Origin: Azolla caroliniana
Lineage: Eukaryota; Plantae; Polypodiophyta
Reading direction: 5' to 3'
DNA length: 64,000 bases
NCBI GenBank assembly: GCA_043228905.1
Contig: JBHGNT010000001.1
Location: 26,288,001-26,352,000, forward strand
In this document: positions 1-14,287 of the stretch, one piece after another
Numbering within the stretch: position 1 is the stretch's first letter
Layout of the letters: the number at the start of each line of letters is the position of its first letter
The notes under the pieces: generated by a model
The model's database searches: none
Told to the model about the DNA's origin: nothing
The model's input: only the letters and a program-made list of their open reading frames with translations
Program-made: the position numbers and the translations under genes

Positions 1-3000
1 GCACCTTTGGTTGCAGATGATATTTTTGAAATCGTGATGGAAGTATGTTCCTTTTTTATATTTTCTGGATTCCTGAGCACACTTGGTTTTGATGGGTTAT
101 AATTCAAGTTGCTGAAAGTTTACTTCATTTACACCTCTTGCAGAATGCTGCACTTCTTGATAGTGAAATTATCTATGATAGAGATTTTGATTATGATTAT
201 TTTGGCTTCAAAACACTGGAGAGGTCCTATCTTCTCAAAGTCAATGGAGTTGTTGTCGAGAGGCCACAACATATGCTGATGAGGGTGGCCATTGGTATTC
301 ATAAACATGACATTCAAGCAGCCATTAAGACATACCATATGATGTCACAACGCTGGTTTACTCATGCTTCACCAACCCTCTTTAATGCTGGCACGCCAAG
401 ACCGCAGGTATCATTAACATTTACATTTATTTGTTGGATAGAAGTAAAAAGTTTATCTGGTATATCTTGCAAACATGAATTACTTTGGATTGGTTGATCT
501 AGCTAATGACATGGAATTTATCATCTTGCAGCTTAGTAGTTGCTTCCTTATTTGTATGAAAGATGATAGCATAGAGGGAATATATGACACCCTCAAGGAA
601 TGTGCCATTATAAGCAAGCTAGCTGGAGGGATTGGGTTGTCCATTCACAACATACGAGCCAAGGGTAGCTATATCCGTGGAACCAATGGAACATCCAATG
701 GTGTAGTTCCGATGTTGAGGGTGTTCAATGATACAGCTCGCTATGTAGATCAAGGTGGAGGCAAGAGGAAAGGTAGAACAAATTGAATAACATGTTAGTT
801 GATTGTTTTCTGGAAACTTCATTTTCAAATTTCAGTTTTTATATATACTCTATGTTGTCTTTTTCATGGTAAATGTAGGTGCATTTGCCACATACTTGGA
901 GCCATGGCATGCCGATATATTTGAATGGTTGGATCTTAGGAAAAATCATGGCAAGGTAGATTATTTAATGATTGTGTCTGGACTTATTTTCTTCTTTGTT
1001 TATCCATTCATGTTTTAGTCCAAGTGAGATTTATTTGACTTGTAATATGCAGGAGGAAAATCGAGCTCGCGATTTATTTTATGGGTTATGGACACCTGAT
1101 TTGTTCATGAAGCGTGTTGGAGATAATGGAACATGGTCTCTGTTTTGTCCTAATGAGGCTCCAGGGCTTGCTGATTGTTGGGGTGAAGAGTTCGAAAATC
1201 TCTATGTAAAATACGAAAGGGAGGTGGGTTTGGATCATATGATAGGTTCTTTATGGAATGGTTTCAAAAGGGGGATCATAAACGTGGTGTATAATTTTTT
1301 GTAGGGGAGGGCAAAAAGAGTAGTTCAAGCTCAGAAGCTGTGGTTTGCTATCTTAGAGTCTCAAGTGGAGACAGGGAATCCTTACATGCTTTACAAGGTT
1401 TTGTTTATCTTCCTTTGTGAACTATAGCTGTAGTACTTAAGTAGGTTATTGTAATTTTATGAAGATGCTTGAAATGCTGCTGGCAGGATGCTTGCAATAG
1501 GAAGAGTAATCAGCAAAATCTAGGCACCATCAAATCATCTAATCTTTGTACCGAAATAGTGCAATTTACGAGTCCAGATGAAACTGCCGTATGCAATCTA
1601 GCCTCCATCGCCCTACCTCGGTTTGTTCGAGAGAAGGTTGGTATGTTGGCTTGAAACTTAGATATTCATCTAGGTCAACTGTAAAACATTTTGTCATGAC
1701 GTTATCTGGTTGTTTTGACTCCTAAATATTGCCACTTTTAAGTGGCAGCAAATTATATATACCCAAAATAAGTCCGCACTGATTTGCAACCTTCATAATT
1801 CATTAATGTAGGGTGTTCCACTGGAATCTCATCCTTCCAAAATGGTTGGCAGCAGAGGTCACCAGAATCGATATTTTGACTTTGAAAAGCTTGGTGAGGT
1901 AAGCCTCATTTTTTCCTTTCATTCAGTTTTGGTCCTATATACTTAGGTGCCCATGATTACAAGGCTGGCATGGATGCGGTGAGGAGCTCTTGATATGATT
2001 GGTTGTGTTTGCTGGGTTTTCCAGGTTACATCACTTGCAACCCACAACTTGAACAAAATAATAGATGTGAACTATTACCCTGTGGAGACGGCTAAGAGGT
2101 CTAATATGCGTCACAGACCAATTGGTATTGGTGTGCAAGGTTTAGCTGATACCTTTATCTTGCTTGGATTGGCATTTGATTCTGAAGAGGTATTAAACAC
2201 CGTAGTTACTTTCTAATAATGTAAAATGGATGCTTTAGAGCTAGATCTGGAGACTTATGTTTAATAATCTTTTTGCCAGGCACAAAAGCTTAACAAGGAG
2301 ATATTTGAGACAATTTATTATCATGCCCTGAAGGCATCTATGGAACTTGCAGTAAAGGATGGACCATATGAGACTTATCATGGAAGTCCAGTGAGCAAGG
2401 TTAGGTTAAATGTACATCAAAACTTATTTGAATGAGTTGTTTTTGAGTTTGTTGCAAGGAGTTTGATTATCCGTAGTTGGTATTACAGGGTGTGCTACAG
2501 CCTGATATGTGGCAAGTTGTGCCTTCGGATAAGTGGGATTGGGCAAATCTCAGAAAGTTGATATCCCAACATGGTATTCGAAATTCTCTTCTTGTTGCGC
2601 CAATGCCAACAGCATCTACAAGTCAAATTTTGGGTAACAATGAGTGCTTCGAGCCATACACTTCAAATATTTATAGCAGGAGAGTGCTCAGGTGATATCT
2701 ATATACATGTATATCTTCTGATTTCATTTGTTTTGACTATGTCATGGTTTTTGTATTTACTAACTGTTTTTTGGGTTATGTTGATAGTGGCGAGTTTGTT
2801 GTTGTCAATAAACATCTTCTTAGTGACTTAACTGATATGGGGCTTTGGGGTTTGGAGCTGAAGAACAAAATAATCCATTATAATGGGTCTATTCAGAAGA
2901 TCCCTGAAATACCAGATGACTTAAAAGCAGTCTATAAGTATATCTTTGCCATAAACCTTAGAATCTTAAATCCTAACCCTAACAAACTAGACTTAAAAAG

Positions 3001-3779
3001 CTCATCCCATACGGGTTTCATTTTATCAGGACCGTTTGGGAGATTAAGCAAAGGACGATAGTGGATATGGCGACAGATCGAGGTTGCTTCATAGATCAAA
3101 GCCAGAGTTTGAACATACACATGGATCAAGCAAACTTTGGCAAGCTAACATCTTTGCACTTCTACACATGGAGCAAGGTATTTGTGCAAAATTGTAAACT
3201 TGCATAAAGTTTAACCCTAAACTCCAGAAATCATTGGTAATAATAATGGAAAAGTTTAAATATTTCCTACTTAAGGGACTTTCTTAATGCAAAGCCTATA
3301 GTGGGATCATGCCTTTTCTTTTTATTGTGTGTATATAGGGCCTAAAGACTGGCATGTATTACTTAAGAACAAGGGCAGCTGCTGACGCTATCAAGTTTAC
3401 TGTTGACGCTTCATCATTTAAGGTAAGTAGTTTATAGTAATCCAAATGGGTATTTTGTCCATTTCCTGGTAATAAGATTCTTGGCAATTTAAAAGAACAT
3501 TTTGGTCTAGTTTGGAAGTCTTAGCGTTATTCTTGTATATTTTGGAAACTTAAGAGGTATTTATATAATTTTTAACAACTTTGCAAAAGGTATTCTGGTA
3601 ATACTTTTAGAGCTTAGGGGTATTCTAGTGATTTTTGTAAACTCCCAAAAATGGTCTTCCGAAATCTTATGTTTTGACAGGAATCTTCCAAATCTTTGGT
3701 TGACGAGACTGAAGCAAAGATGGTACAAATGGTGTGCTCGTTGGAAAATCGTGATGATTGTTTGGCTTGTGGGAGTTGA
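1..3779 (+). CDS. RNR1: Ribonucleoside-diphosphate reductase large subunit (class Ia), multi-exon, 5' end outside window
   Basis: About 15 GT-AG exons spell [77 protein letters not shown] and the C-terminal redox pair [14 protein letters not shown] (TGA 3777-3779). Confidence 0.98.
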
Positions 3780-6016
3780 TATTAATGAATGAAAAAAAGA
3801 AAACAAATCTGTTAATGAGCTTTGAATCAGTTGAATCCCGAAAAAAAACACAGCATAAGAGGTGATATAATAGAGTTCTGCAACCATGTGTAGAAGATGA
3901 AGTATAGATAGAGTTGATAAATTCAACATGTATCATAAAAACATGTTTTTACTAGGGGGTGACTACTAAAATGTTGTAAGTCATGATATCTACCTGTATT
4001 TACCTTATCTGTTTTTGTACAACATAATTTTCTTTGATTGTTTTCTTGATGACGGCCACAAATGTTTTAGTTTTAGGTTAATTTTATTAAGGATAGAAAT
4101 CGCAAATGCTGTATGGTATTTATGACATGAGCGTGCACCTTCGTTGCATCATTCATATGTTGAGTGAAACGGGATAGTGTATTGTCCTACTGAAATATAA
4201 TCTCAGTTGCTTCCACTTTATTGTTGTGTTCTTTGATTTGCTTGTGAAGTTTCTATTGGAAAATGTGTATTATAGCTTTGCCTCCATGGTATTAGACTAC
4301 TTTTTACTTATAAATAATTTGTTTGATATATTTGCACAAATAAATAGGTTCTAAAACAAAATGCTTTGTGAAGCCATTCTCCATAGGCAAGTCCTATGGA
4401 ATGCCTAAGCTTTGGCATTTTGCATTGGCTCATGGATTGTTCATTGCTGTGACTTAGATAGTGCGTTTCACAACTCATTTATTGAGTTCATTGAAAGTTT
4501 TGATTAAGTTCTGAAACTCTGATTGTATGAATCTAAAACATAAACCCTAAATAAATCAAGGGAGTTGTTATTGCTAAATTAACTAGACCAACAATTACGA
4601 GCCACAACCAATGTCAACGATCCTTACGATCTTTGATACTTCCTTGTGCTCTTTGTCGACAAACATCCTTATGTGAGGCCATCCTTATGTGAGGCCTAAG
4701 AAGGGTTTGGCCATGTGATAGTGCATACAATTCACTTCGTATTGCTTCTCATATGGTATAGGATGCCTTTGAATTTTCCAAAGTCTATGCTGACTACTTG
4801 CTTGAGAATTGAACCCAAACCATCTTGAAAATCAAGGGTTTATTCCAATGGACATGAGCATATGGGCGGAAGGAGCATAAGTACATGTTTAATCTTTTGA
4901 GGGCCATAGAAATCGGATGTTGTTTAGTAACCAATCAAGAACTATGGGTGGATAGTCAATAGTGTTAATTGTGGGTGGGTTGCGATGGAGGATGCTGTCC
5001 ATGAGAGTCCATTCTGATTGACTACAAGGGCCATATGCTCAAAGGAGCGGAAGTTCCTCTTGGGGGAGCAATTGGGCCGATTGATTAAGCACCCGACATG
5101 GAAGGAAAGGAAGTCGTCTAGTAAAATAGGTTTCCGTAATTAGGCTAACCAAATCAATTATCCAAAAAGGCAGGCTAGATTAACAATCAGGCGCTCTCAA
5201 TTTGTGGTTAAAACTTAATGAATGGAGATTTAGCCAACTCAATCAACACCTGAGAACTCTGCATTGGGGAAGTAAGGGGGCTTTTGCATTGGCCTTGACA
5301 CACAAACAAAAATAGCAAATAGGGCGGCCTTAATTCTTTTTTCTGGTCTGGTCCGAACCCTAAACCCTGTTCGGCTTCTCTCTGTCTCTCTGTGTGGTGG
5401 GGGTGTGTTTAGTGTAGAATTAGGGCTGACAACAGCCAACGAAAAGAAACAGACAGACAGAGAAAAAGCATATGGGTCTGTGGATCGTACGTCTGCTGCT
5501 GCTGCTGCTTTTTCTATAAAGCAGAATTTCTAAATTTAGTTCTGAATTTATTCGCCCCCGGCGCTGCATGTTGTAGGCGCCATAGCTTTATCTGCTGCTT
5601 CCTTCTGTTAAAAAGTCAGGGGTTTTTTTGCTTTCGCAGTGAAAACTATCTCTTCTTCCTTTGGGGCTTTTAATCACGCCTTTTCGAGGGTTTTATGAGA
5701 CTGCTAGCTTATGTCCGAGATTGCCCAATTACGCTATTTTGAGCAGAATTTAAACCCTAGTTTCAGCAGGAAAAATATCAAAGATCCTGATATGAGCTGT
5801 TTTTTTATCGACTTCCCTTCGGGAAGGGGGATTAAAAGCTTTTTGGTCGTTTGTGAGTTTGAAGCTTTAGGGTCCTTTTCTGCTTTAGGGTTCACGATTT
5901 CTAAAGTTCATGGTCTTATTACTTTCCGAAATTGAGGGTTTTGATGCTTTATAATACTTTAGGAGCTCATGCTTGTTAAGCTTTAGGGGTGTCTCTGATG
6001 TAGAAGGTCTTCGGCC

Positions 6017-9000
6017 ATGGCTAGGACTTCTTCCTCTGAAACCTTGCAAAATCTTAATTTGGAGAAACTCGATGCCACAACAAATAAGAAATATAGGAAT
6101 CAGAAAAAGAACAGTCTCCAAAAGACTGTGCAACATCCAAATCTAGACAGAAAAAATGCAAAACCCAAAAAATATTCCCGAAATAGAAAACAGAATAGTC
6201 TTCATAAGACTGTGAAAAACCCCAATCTGGACATAAAAAATGTGAAAACAATGAAGAAATCTCACAAGCAAAAACGAGCTAGTATTCTGACCGTCAGACC
6301 ATCATTGTCGAAGAAGTTGATGAACAGACAAGAGGAAGAACAGGTAACAGGGATTTGTAAAAGCGTCTGTGTTCTTGCATCAGAGGGTTGTGGCCATGGA
6401 AGCTTACATGAAAATAGGTTTGATGGGTCTCTTAGTGGAGCAATGTCAAAAAATAATAAGTGCAATTTATGCCGCTCTTCTGCTGAACCTCATCTTGAAG
6501 AAAATGCTAGTAAGGGGTTCAAAGACACATGTCATGATGATAGCAAAGAGTCGGAAGATGTTTCATCATCTCCATTGATGTTGTGCAGTGAGTTGATTCC
6601 AAGTGATAGGGACAAGAAAGTTCACTCCCTGTGGCGCCAGCAAAGGCACTCAAAATGTGAAGATGACTTGGAATTAGTGGGCCAAAGGATTGATGTCTAT
6701 TGGCCAATGGATTGTGAGTGGTATTCTGGATTGGTTAAGTCTTATAATTCCTCTCGAAACAAGCACAAAGTTTGTTATGACGATGGTGATGAAGAGTGGT
6801 TGAATCTTTCCAATGAGAAGTTTAGATTTCAGTCTGGTAAAAATCAAAGAATTGGATTAAAGCCAAACAAGGCGGAAAATCTAAGCAATGAGCAAATCCA
6901 AAAAAAAGTGCGAAAACAAAATAGTGTAAAGCAAAAGCAAAGAAATCAGGGAAAATCAAATAAAGAGGAAAAGCCAAAGAATGAGGAAAATTGTGGATGT
7001 GTAGCTGATGAGGGTGAGTTGAATCTTTCCTCTATGAATCATCAGCAACCAAAAAATAATTGGCATATGATGAGATCAAGTAATGCAACCATTGACCCGC
7101 CACTTCGACAATCCAAACCATCTCTTTCTTTGCCCATGAAGGGTGGTTCGTCTTCCGAAGACCAATTTAAGTGTTCAATCACCAATGGTGAAGGCGTGCA
7201 ACCTGATCTTAGTATGTTGGATTTTGTTCTTGAGAAGAATCAGGATGATGATTTCTCTTTCAAGGAAAGGTCTCTCAGCAAAGCGGAGGATATAATTGAT
7301 ATAAACGAGACAAAAGTAGAATGCGTGTATGTGAGGAAGCATAAAAATGTTCTGAATCAGAGAACCCATATTACTAATGGTGTAGGAAATAGAGATTCGA
7401 AAAATGATGATGGTGTTGAGGGTGTAGGAATCATACAACAAGAATGGGAGGACAGAGAAAGCAAGAGAAGAAATCCAAAATTGTTCAGGTTTCAGTTAGA
7501 TATACAGAATGAAAATATGATTGAGAATGAGAATAATGCGACTGAAGATCAGTTCTCTAGTATTATTATTGGAAGAAGCTTAAAGAAAAGGAAGCATTGT
7601 TATAGTGGTGGGAGAGCACGTAAGAAAGGGCGACTATCACTCTTGAATTTAATTGCTAGAAAAAATGTAGAAACACTATCTAGTCCCAATACCAATGTGG
7701 AAACAATATCTAATGTTTCCTCTTCTGAAGCTTCTAGAAAAAGAGGGAGAAAATATGAGGTAGAAAACTTATTTCACAATATGCTTCCTGAAGAGGAAGC
7801 ATGTGATGATCTAGGTGAAGAGGTAGTAGGAGGATGGGAACATGCAATCTATGAGCAAGACCAAGCGATATATTCATCATCATGTGATAATATAGAAAAT
7901 AAGAGAGCTACAAATATGCCTAATGAAAAGCAATATAGAAGGAACCTGAACGGAGTTGAAGCCTCAAATAGAGATTTAAGGATTGGAAATCATCAACAAA
8001 GACAATTACATGAAGAGGTTCAAGAACATACATCGAGTGTGTTGTCGAATGAAGAAATGATTGGTATTATAAGTGAGAAAGTCCTTGATTTGTTAAGTCA
8101 CCATGGAGAAGTGTCTTCATTTGAAGCATTCAAGTTTATCATGAAGCATCAGCAGAGCACAATTATGATACCTGTCAAGTCGATCGAAGGGCAGGAAATG
8201 TTTGTGAAATTAAAGCATATGACAAAGTACAACCATAAATTGAAGATATTGAGTGAACAATATGCAATTGAGATGAAGTTTATAGAATTCATGCGTCACG
8301 TAAGCTGTATGAAAGTTTTTTACACATCAATTCACGTTCTAAGGATAGATCTGATTCATGAGCTCTTCACTTGGCAGCTTTTTAACATCTTAAAAGCTAT
8401 AGGGTTATGCAAAGGTGATAGCTTTGAAGAGAGGTTTGTATGGTATGCATCGGCCCAAGAATTTGTAAATATTGCATTGCTACTTATGGTGAGCATCAAG
8501 TCATTACCTTTGACTTGCCATAGATCTCAAAGACATTGGCAAAGCAGAATCCTGAATGAACTTTGGGTTGTTTTATATCAAAAGAAACAATGGCAACATG
8601 GCTTATCTGGAATTTTGCCCACAAAGACTTACAATTTACTTGGGAAGAACTTGAGTTTGTTGATTACACAAGGACATTTTATCTTGACATTCCGAGAGAT
8701 GTTCAATATTTTCATCTCATATGTTATAAAGCCATACGTTATCGCGATCCTTTGTGAAAGAGGTGCACACTTGACAGTGCTTGTTGAGAAATTTACCTTG
8801 AATGTCAGTTTGAAGCATGAAGGAATATTGTGTAAAAGAACGCTCGTGAAGCTGTTCGAGTTGAGGTCTCATGCTGGTGCTGAAACAGATTTTTTTTCTC
8901 ATCTCTCTGTTTTTCCTTCCTGTAAAAAACAACACACTGGAAATAGCATTTCGCAAAATTCAATGAGAAAGTGGATCATATCTGCCATGAGAGTTGGTTT

Positions 9001-12000
9001 TGTAAGACTTCCTCCTCCAGCCCCTTCAGTCAAATTCTTGAAACATCTGGTAAATATCTTCTTCCTTTGCTATTGCACCCTTGAAAACTTATGTTTGTTT
9101 CTCTTAGTATCATGTTTTGGATATGAAGGTGTGTTTCTTGATCATATTTATGTTAAGGGAAGTGAACTTCAAACCTTTATCCTCTGTTTTAATGGGCCTA
9201 GGACAAATGCGAAAAGGACTTCAAATGAGGCCTGATAAATTGCCTTTTTTTATGTATAAATGTCCTCATATATTTACATAGTTCAAGCATAATGCAAATT
9301 CATAATTGCTATTGAAAGCCATCCAGAGAACTTAACCTAAACCCGCTTGTTTAGGTAAATGGAACAGTTCATTGGTAGAAGAAACATTCAATTTGTATAT
9401 ATATCCACCTGGAGTCATTCTCAACATAATCATTGTTTAATCCATCTCATTCTTTATTACGATGCAAATTCATAATTGCTATTGAAAGCCATCCGGAGAA
9501 CTTAACCTAAACCCGCTTGTTTAGGTAAATGGAACAGTTCATTGGTAGAAGAAACATTCAATTTGTATATATATCCACCTGGAGTCATTTTCAACATAAT
9601 CATTGTTTAATCCATCTCATTCTTTATTACGAGCTTAATAATATTTTTTAATGTTTACTAAATCTTTTCTATGCCTCAAAAATTCCTACAGGGCTGTGAA
9701 ATTAATACATCTCTGGTTTTCAACAAAAGTTTAGCATCTATGAAGAAAAGCAACCAAGATTTTGGACCTTCATCTCGGCAATTTTTTGTGTCCTTTGAAA
9801 AGCTGAGTTCAAATGGGTCAAAACTAGCTGAAGAAACAAGAGATGGGTTTTTAAATAAAGTGTTTGGAGATTCATGCAGCTCTATGGATGCCTTCACAGA
9901 ATTATGCTTTACCTCTATATTTTGTAAGTATCTTCATTTGGGTGGCAACTTGGGGGATGCGTTTGTTTATGCTGTAGGCGTGCCTGTACCTACTATGAGT
10001 AATGAAACACTGCAGAATGATTCATGTGAAACTGTGAAAATTGGTGGAGTATCATCGTCGAATTCCAAAAAACAGAAGGAGAAATTCTCTCATGCTAATA
10101 TTGTTGCTAGTTCATCTTCAGGTGCTGCTGTAGTAAAGGAATGCTTGATTGAAAATAATGACACATTAGGGGTTTCACATACTACTAATGTTTCTCCTAG
10201 AGAAGATTATTATATAGAAAAAAAATGTCGTGATATAAAAGGCTCAGGGGAGAACTGCACTACTAGTGTTTTGTCAGAACACACAGAAATAGGTATTGTC
10301 AAGGAGGATTTCCTGGACAAACACGGACATGAATATGGGAGGAACCTTTCTCAAAACACATCAAGGGATTCTTGTACATCTTATTCACTGAATCAAATGA
10401 TTTTTAAGGGCTCCCTGAGCAACTCAAGCTTTGAGTCGTATACAGAACCAAGAAGCTTGGGAAGGAAAGAACTGGGATTCAGAAAGTCTAAGAGAGATCG
10501 AAGTGCTAAGAAAGAATTTGGTTCAGGGGGGTGTTCTCGTATTATCAAAGATAAAAGGACTGATTGTGAGCCATCCAATCTTTGCTGCATTGCTAATGTC
10601 TTAGTCACCAATGGTGATAGAAGTTTGCGAGAGCTTGGAGCGAATATTAAACTTGTATCGGTGGAGACCAAATGGTTGCTTAGTGTTGAAGTTGGTGGTC
10701 TGACTTACAGCCATAAAGTTCTAGAGACATCAGTCACCAGTAAGGTGAACCGACACACACATGCATTGATGTGGAAAGGTGGAGAGGAATGGACCCTAGA
10801 ATTTTGTGATAGAAAGGAGTGGAGCCAGTTCAAGCGAATGCATGAAGAATGTGGCCATCGGAATGCACGAGCTGCATGTATGAAGCAAATTCCAATTCCT
10901 GAAGTGAGAACAATAGATGGAATTGATGAGGCAACTTTACCCACAGGTAGTATATTGCACGAAACTTCTGATGGTTTGATTCAGCAGACACAAGGGGAAG
11001 TTGAAGATGCACTTAAAAGCAGTCGTGTAGTATATGATATGGACTCTGAAGATGAAGCCTGGTTGGAAGAACTAAATCAAGAAACCAGTTCCATTGTGGA
11101 CACCAGCGTAGAGAAATTTGAAAGAATAATTGATAAACTAGAAAGGGCGTCCTATTTAAGGGAAGGGCGAGTAGTTTCAAGTGAAGAAGCTGTGGAGCTT
11201 TGTCAAAATATATCTTCCATTGATACCGTGCGTGCAATACATGGACACTGGTCCCACAAGAGGCTTGCGAAAGATAGTGCTTTAATACGGTACTTTCAGG
11301 TACAGTCATTTTAATCTAAACTTTTGTGTCTTTTTGTTTCTCTCTTATATTTCAATGCCAAATGCCATGATCTTTTACTATAAATAAATGCAACAGACAT
11401 CCTAATGATCTTTATTGCCATTTCAAAGCAACAAATATTATGGTCTTTATTGGCTTCTCAATGCAACACCTGATCTTTATTATTACAATTCAAAAATTTC
11501 AAATGTAAAAATCTGTGGATCTCTTCGCAGAGGCTTTATATATATCATTTGCATGTGACCATATATATATATATATATATATATATGCAATTGGCATAAC
11601 ATGTAAAAAATTGATGGTAGTTTTGTATAATATAGTTACCACTGTGGGAGAAGTATCAGAAGCAATTTGAAAGTTGGCGAACGAGATTTAATGAACTTCA
11701 GTCGCTGATGCCATGTGCTAGTAAGGAGAAAGTGCTGGGGCAATGCCCCCGTCCACCGATGTTTGCATTCTGTCTACCTCCAAAAAAATCAATCCCAAGT
11801 AACGTAAACAAGAGAATACAGAGGCAACGCCCCCAAAAGGATACTACTAACCGTCTAATTAAGTGTACTCGGGCAACCTTGATTGGAACTTCTGGTATGT
11901 AAATCTTCAGCCTGCTTGAAGGCCAAAAATCTTTTCTTTTGTCTCTGAGTTATTTCAAGGAAGGCCTAAATAAATGTTTTTCTTTAATAATAGTTGCATT

Positions 12001-12075
12001 CTAGAAACTTCTATACGTTTGTTTACTTGCGTAGGTTTCTTGCAGAAGAACCACAGAGGGGGGATTCAATGCTAA
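6017..12075 (+). CDS. Tudor-domain + Enhancer of polycomb-like (EPL1) chromatin protein; exons ~6017-9048, 9692-11299, 11637-11895, 12035-12075 (last exon uncertain)
   Basis: Tudor motif LVGQRIDVYWPMDCEWYSGLVKSYN...HKVCYDDGDEEWLNL; C-terminal ANVLVTNGDRSLRE, NRHTHALMWKGGEEWTLEF, YDMDSEDEAWL, PPMFAFCL, typical of plant EPL-Tudor proteins. Confidence 0.85.
9292..9631. repeat. Intronic tandem duplication, 2 x 170 bp
   Basis: ATGCAAATTCATAATTGCTATTG...TCTTTATTACG at 9292-9461 and 9462-9631, about 2 mismatches. Confidence 0.95.
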
Positions 12076-14287
12076 TTAATGTCTTCTTAGAGAGTATCCA
12101 TTGCTTTTCTTAATCACATGATTGAATCACATTCTTCAAAGTTCATGGGCAGCCATTCGATGGCCGAGGTGCAACCAAATGAGACCATTTTTTTATCAAA
12201 TTTGGTACAAACTAAATTATGTAGAAGCTTCACTGGAGTGGTACTCCAGAGCATGCGGAAATAGTGAGGGAAGCCAGACAAGTAGCCATTTTGCAAGCTG
12301 GCAAATTGGGTATGCATTTCCTTAGGTTAGATTATGCACTCCAACGGGCCATCACCACGTTGATGGAATTTAACACCTTTTACTTTGCTAGAGTATGTTC
12401 TTGCGGGTCATAAGAAACATGATAATAATAGTGTCAGAGTTGAGGACGAGCAGCTGCCAACATTGAGAAAAAAGGTGAATGTTGTCCTGAGTTGGTTTCT
12501 AAGACATACAAACAAAAGGGATGTTTTTAGTCCACGTGGGTATTATGATGGTGATGGCGATGCGGGAAAGAGTCGTATAAAATGATTAGAAGAAGGAAAG
12601 AAGAAATCAGCAAGCTCATTCCATTTGTAAATGAGCTGAAAATACTTGGTTTCGATGCCATTTATGTATGTAATTGAATTCAGCTCCCTTGAAATGTATG
12701 CAGGAATTTACTTTGACATGGATTAGTGGTTTTGGTATTTATCTGATTGTACAAATTAATGACTCTTGGAGGTTGGAATTTCAGAGTCTGCAAAAGTAAT
12801 TGCAGAACTGTAGTTGTAATTCATGGCACCTTACCCCAAATTATCTAGCTCTTGCTCTAGCTTTTCCTCTATTTATATTCTTATGAGCCATTTTATGGAT
12901 TATAATAACAGACACTTGGCCAAAATCGACTCTTGTAATGTGTTGAACTATCTAATTGTCAATATTTTCATGAAGATCCACTCACATGTTCTCATCAATT
13001 TCTTAGTATGCAAGAAAACTATCCCTTGCATTGTAACCTAGCTCACACATTCCGATTCCATCTGGGAATGCCTTCGAATGACGACTCGATTAGAGATCAT
13101 GCATACAAAATTCCTGGGTGAAAGTGCAGGCTGACATGGTCCATCCATTTTGGTAGCCAGCTACCTGCATTTTGTTATGATCCTATAAAACATAGGCATT
13201 GATACTATCATTATCTTGTTCCCAATAATACATTAATCATAAACCCTCGCAATTACTCTAATCAATTCATCAACAATCGAATTACTTGAATTAGATACCT
13301 TGACAATCAGTCATTTGTTCAGTGTGATCAATTCTTTGAATTACGTGTCTGGATAATTAAATGCCCCCAATCCATCATTTATTAAAAGATTACTGTGCTA
13401 TATAGAGTTTAAAATGCTAATTTGTAGTTCACGATTACTTCAATCAAAAGATAAATTAGCTGGATTTTTGTAATAATCAAAATTTCAGTACACACTACTT
13501 AAAAGTAAAAACAACGCTTTAATAAAGTCAAGGGCAACCATCCATTACACTGCCCCCAATCCATTGTTTTTGGCCATCACCATTGGATTAAATCTCTTCA
13601 ATAGGGCAACATTCGAATAAATTTCCAAATTAGGATTACCGAAATCTGCTTCCTGACTGTTTGACCTCACCGTACTTTCTGAGGGTAACATGTGAAGGTC
13701 ACTAAGTCAATAGTATTTTATCGCATATCATTTAACAATACACAACCACTTGTTGCTCTTGAGTCTTAATCATGGTTGACATTCCAGAATGTTCTTACAA
13801 TATTGAATGTGTTGATAGAAAATTTTCGGGAATGTTGCATGCCATTATCCGTCTTGTCTTGCTCTGATGTTGTTGGCATAATACCCCTGCCGGAATAGTC
13901 ATAGAAACATTGCGGTTCGACAGAATATGGTAGCTAGCCTTAAAGACATGTCTAATATGTAATGTAGAGTTCAATGTATAAATAAAGTGAGCCAGTATCC
14001 ACATTTTTCATCTAGTGAACTATCTTATCTCATTGTATGAATATGAATGTAGCCAACAAATCTTCAAAGATTTTATCAATATGTGCATGTGCAAGTTAAG
14101 ATAAACCTGACCAATATATGTATTTGTAAGTTAAGATAAACACTTAGTAACAAATTATATTTCTGTGTGGAAGAATACCTATTACATCATTTATCTCATC
14201 GTTTATTCTCTCGGCTTAGAGAAAGAATTAATCATAAATTGAGTTCTCTATGTTTAGTTTTGACTTGGATGCTTAAGTGTGGTAATT

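Noticed and set aside
5070-5370. Site II (TGGGCC) and telo-box (AAACCCTA) promoter motifs
   Set aside because: Common short motifs that occur throughout the window; not supportable individually.
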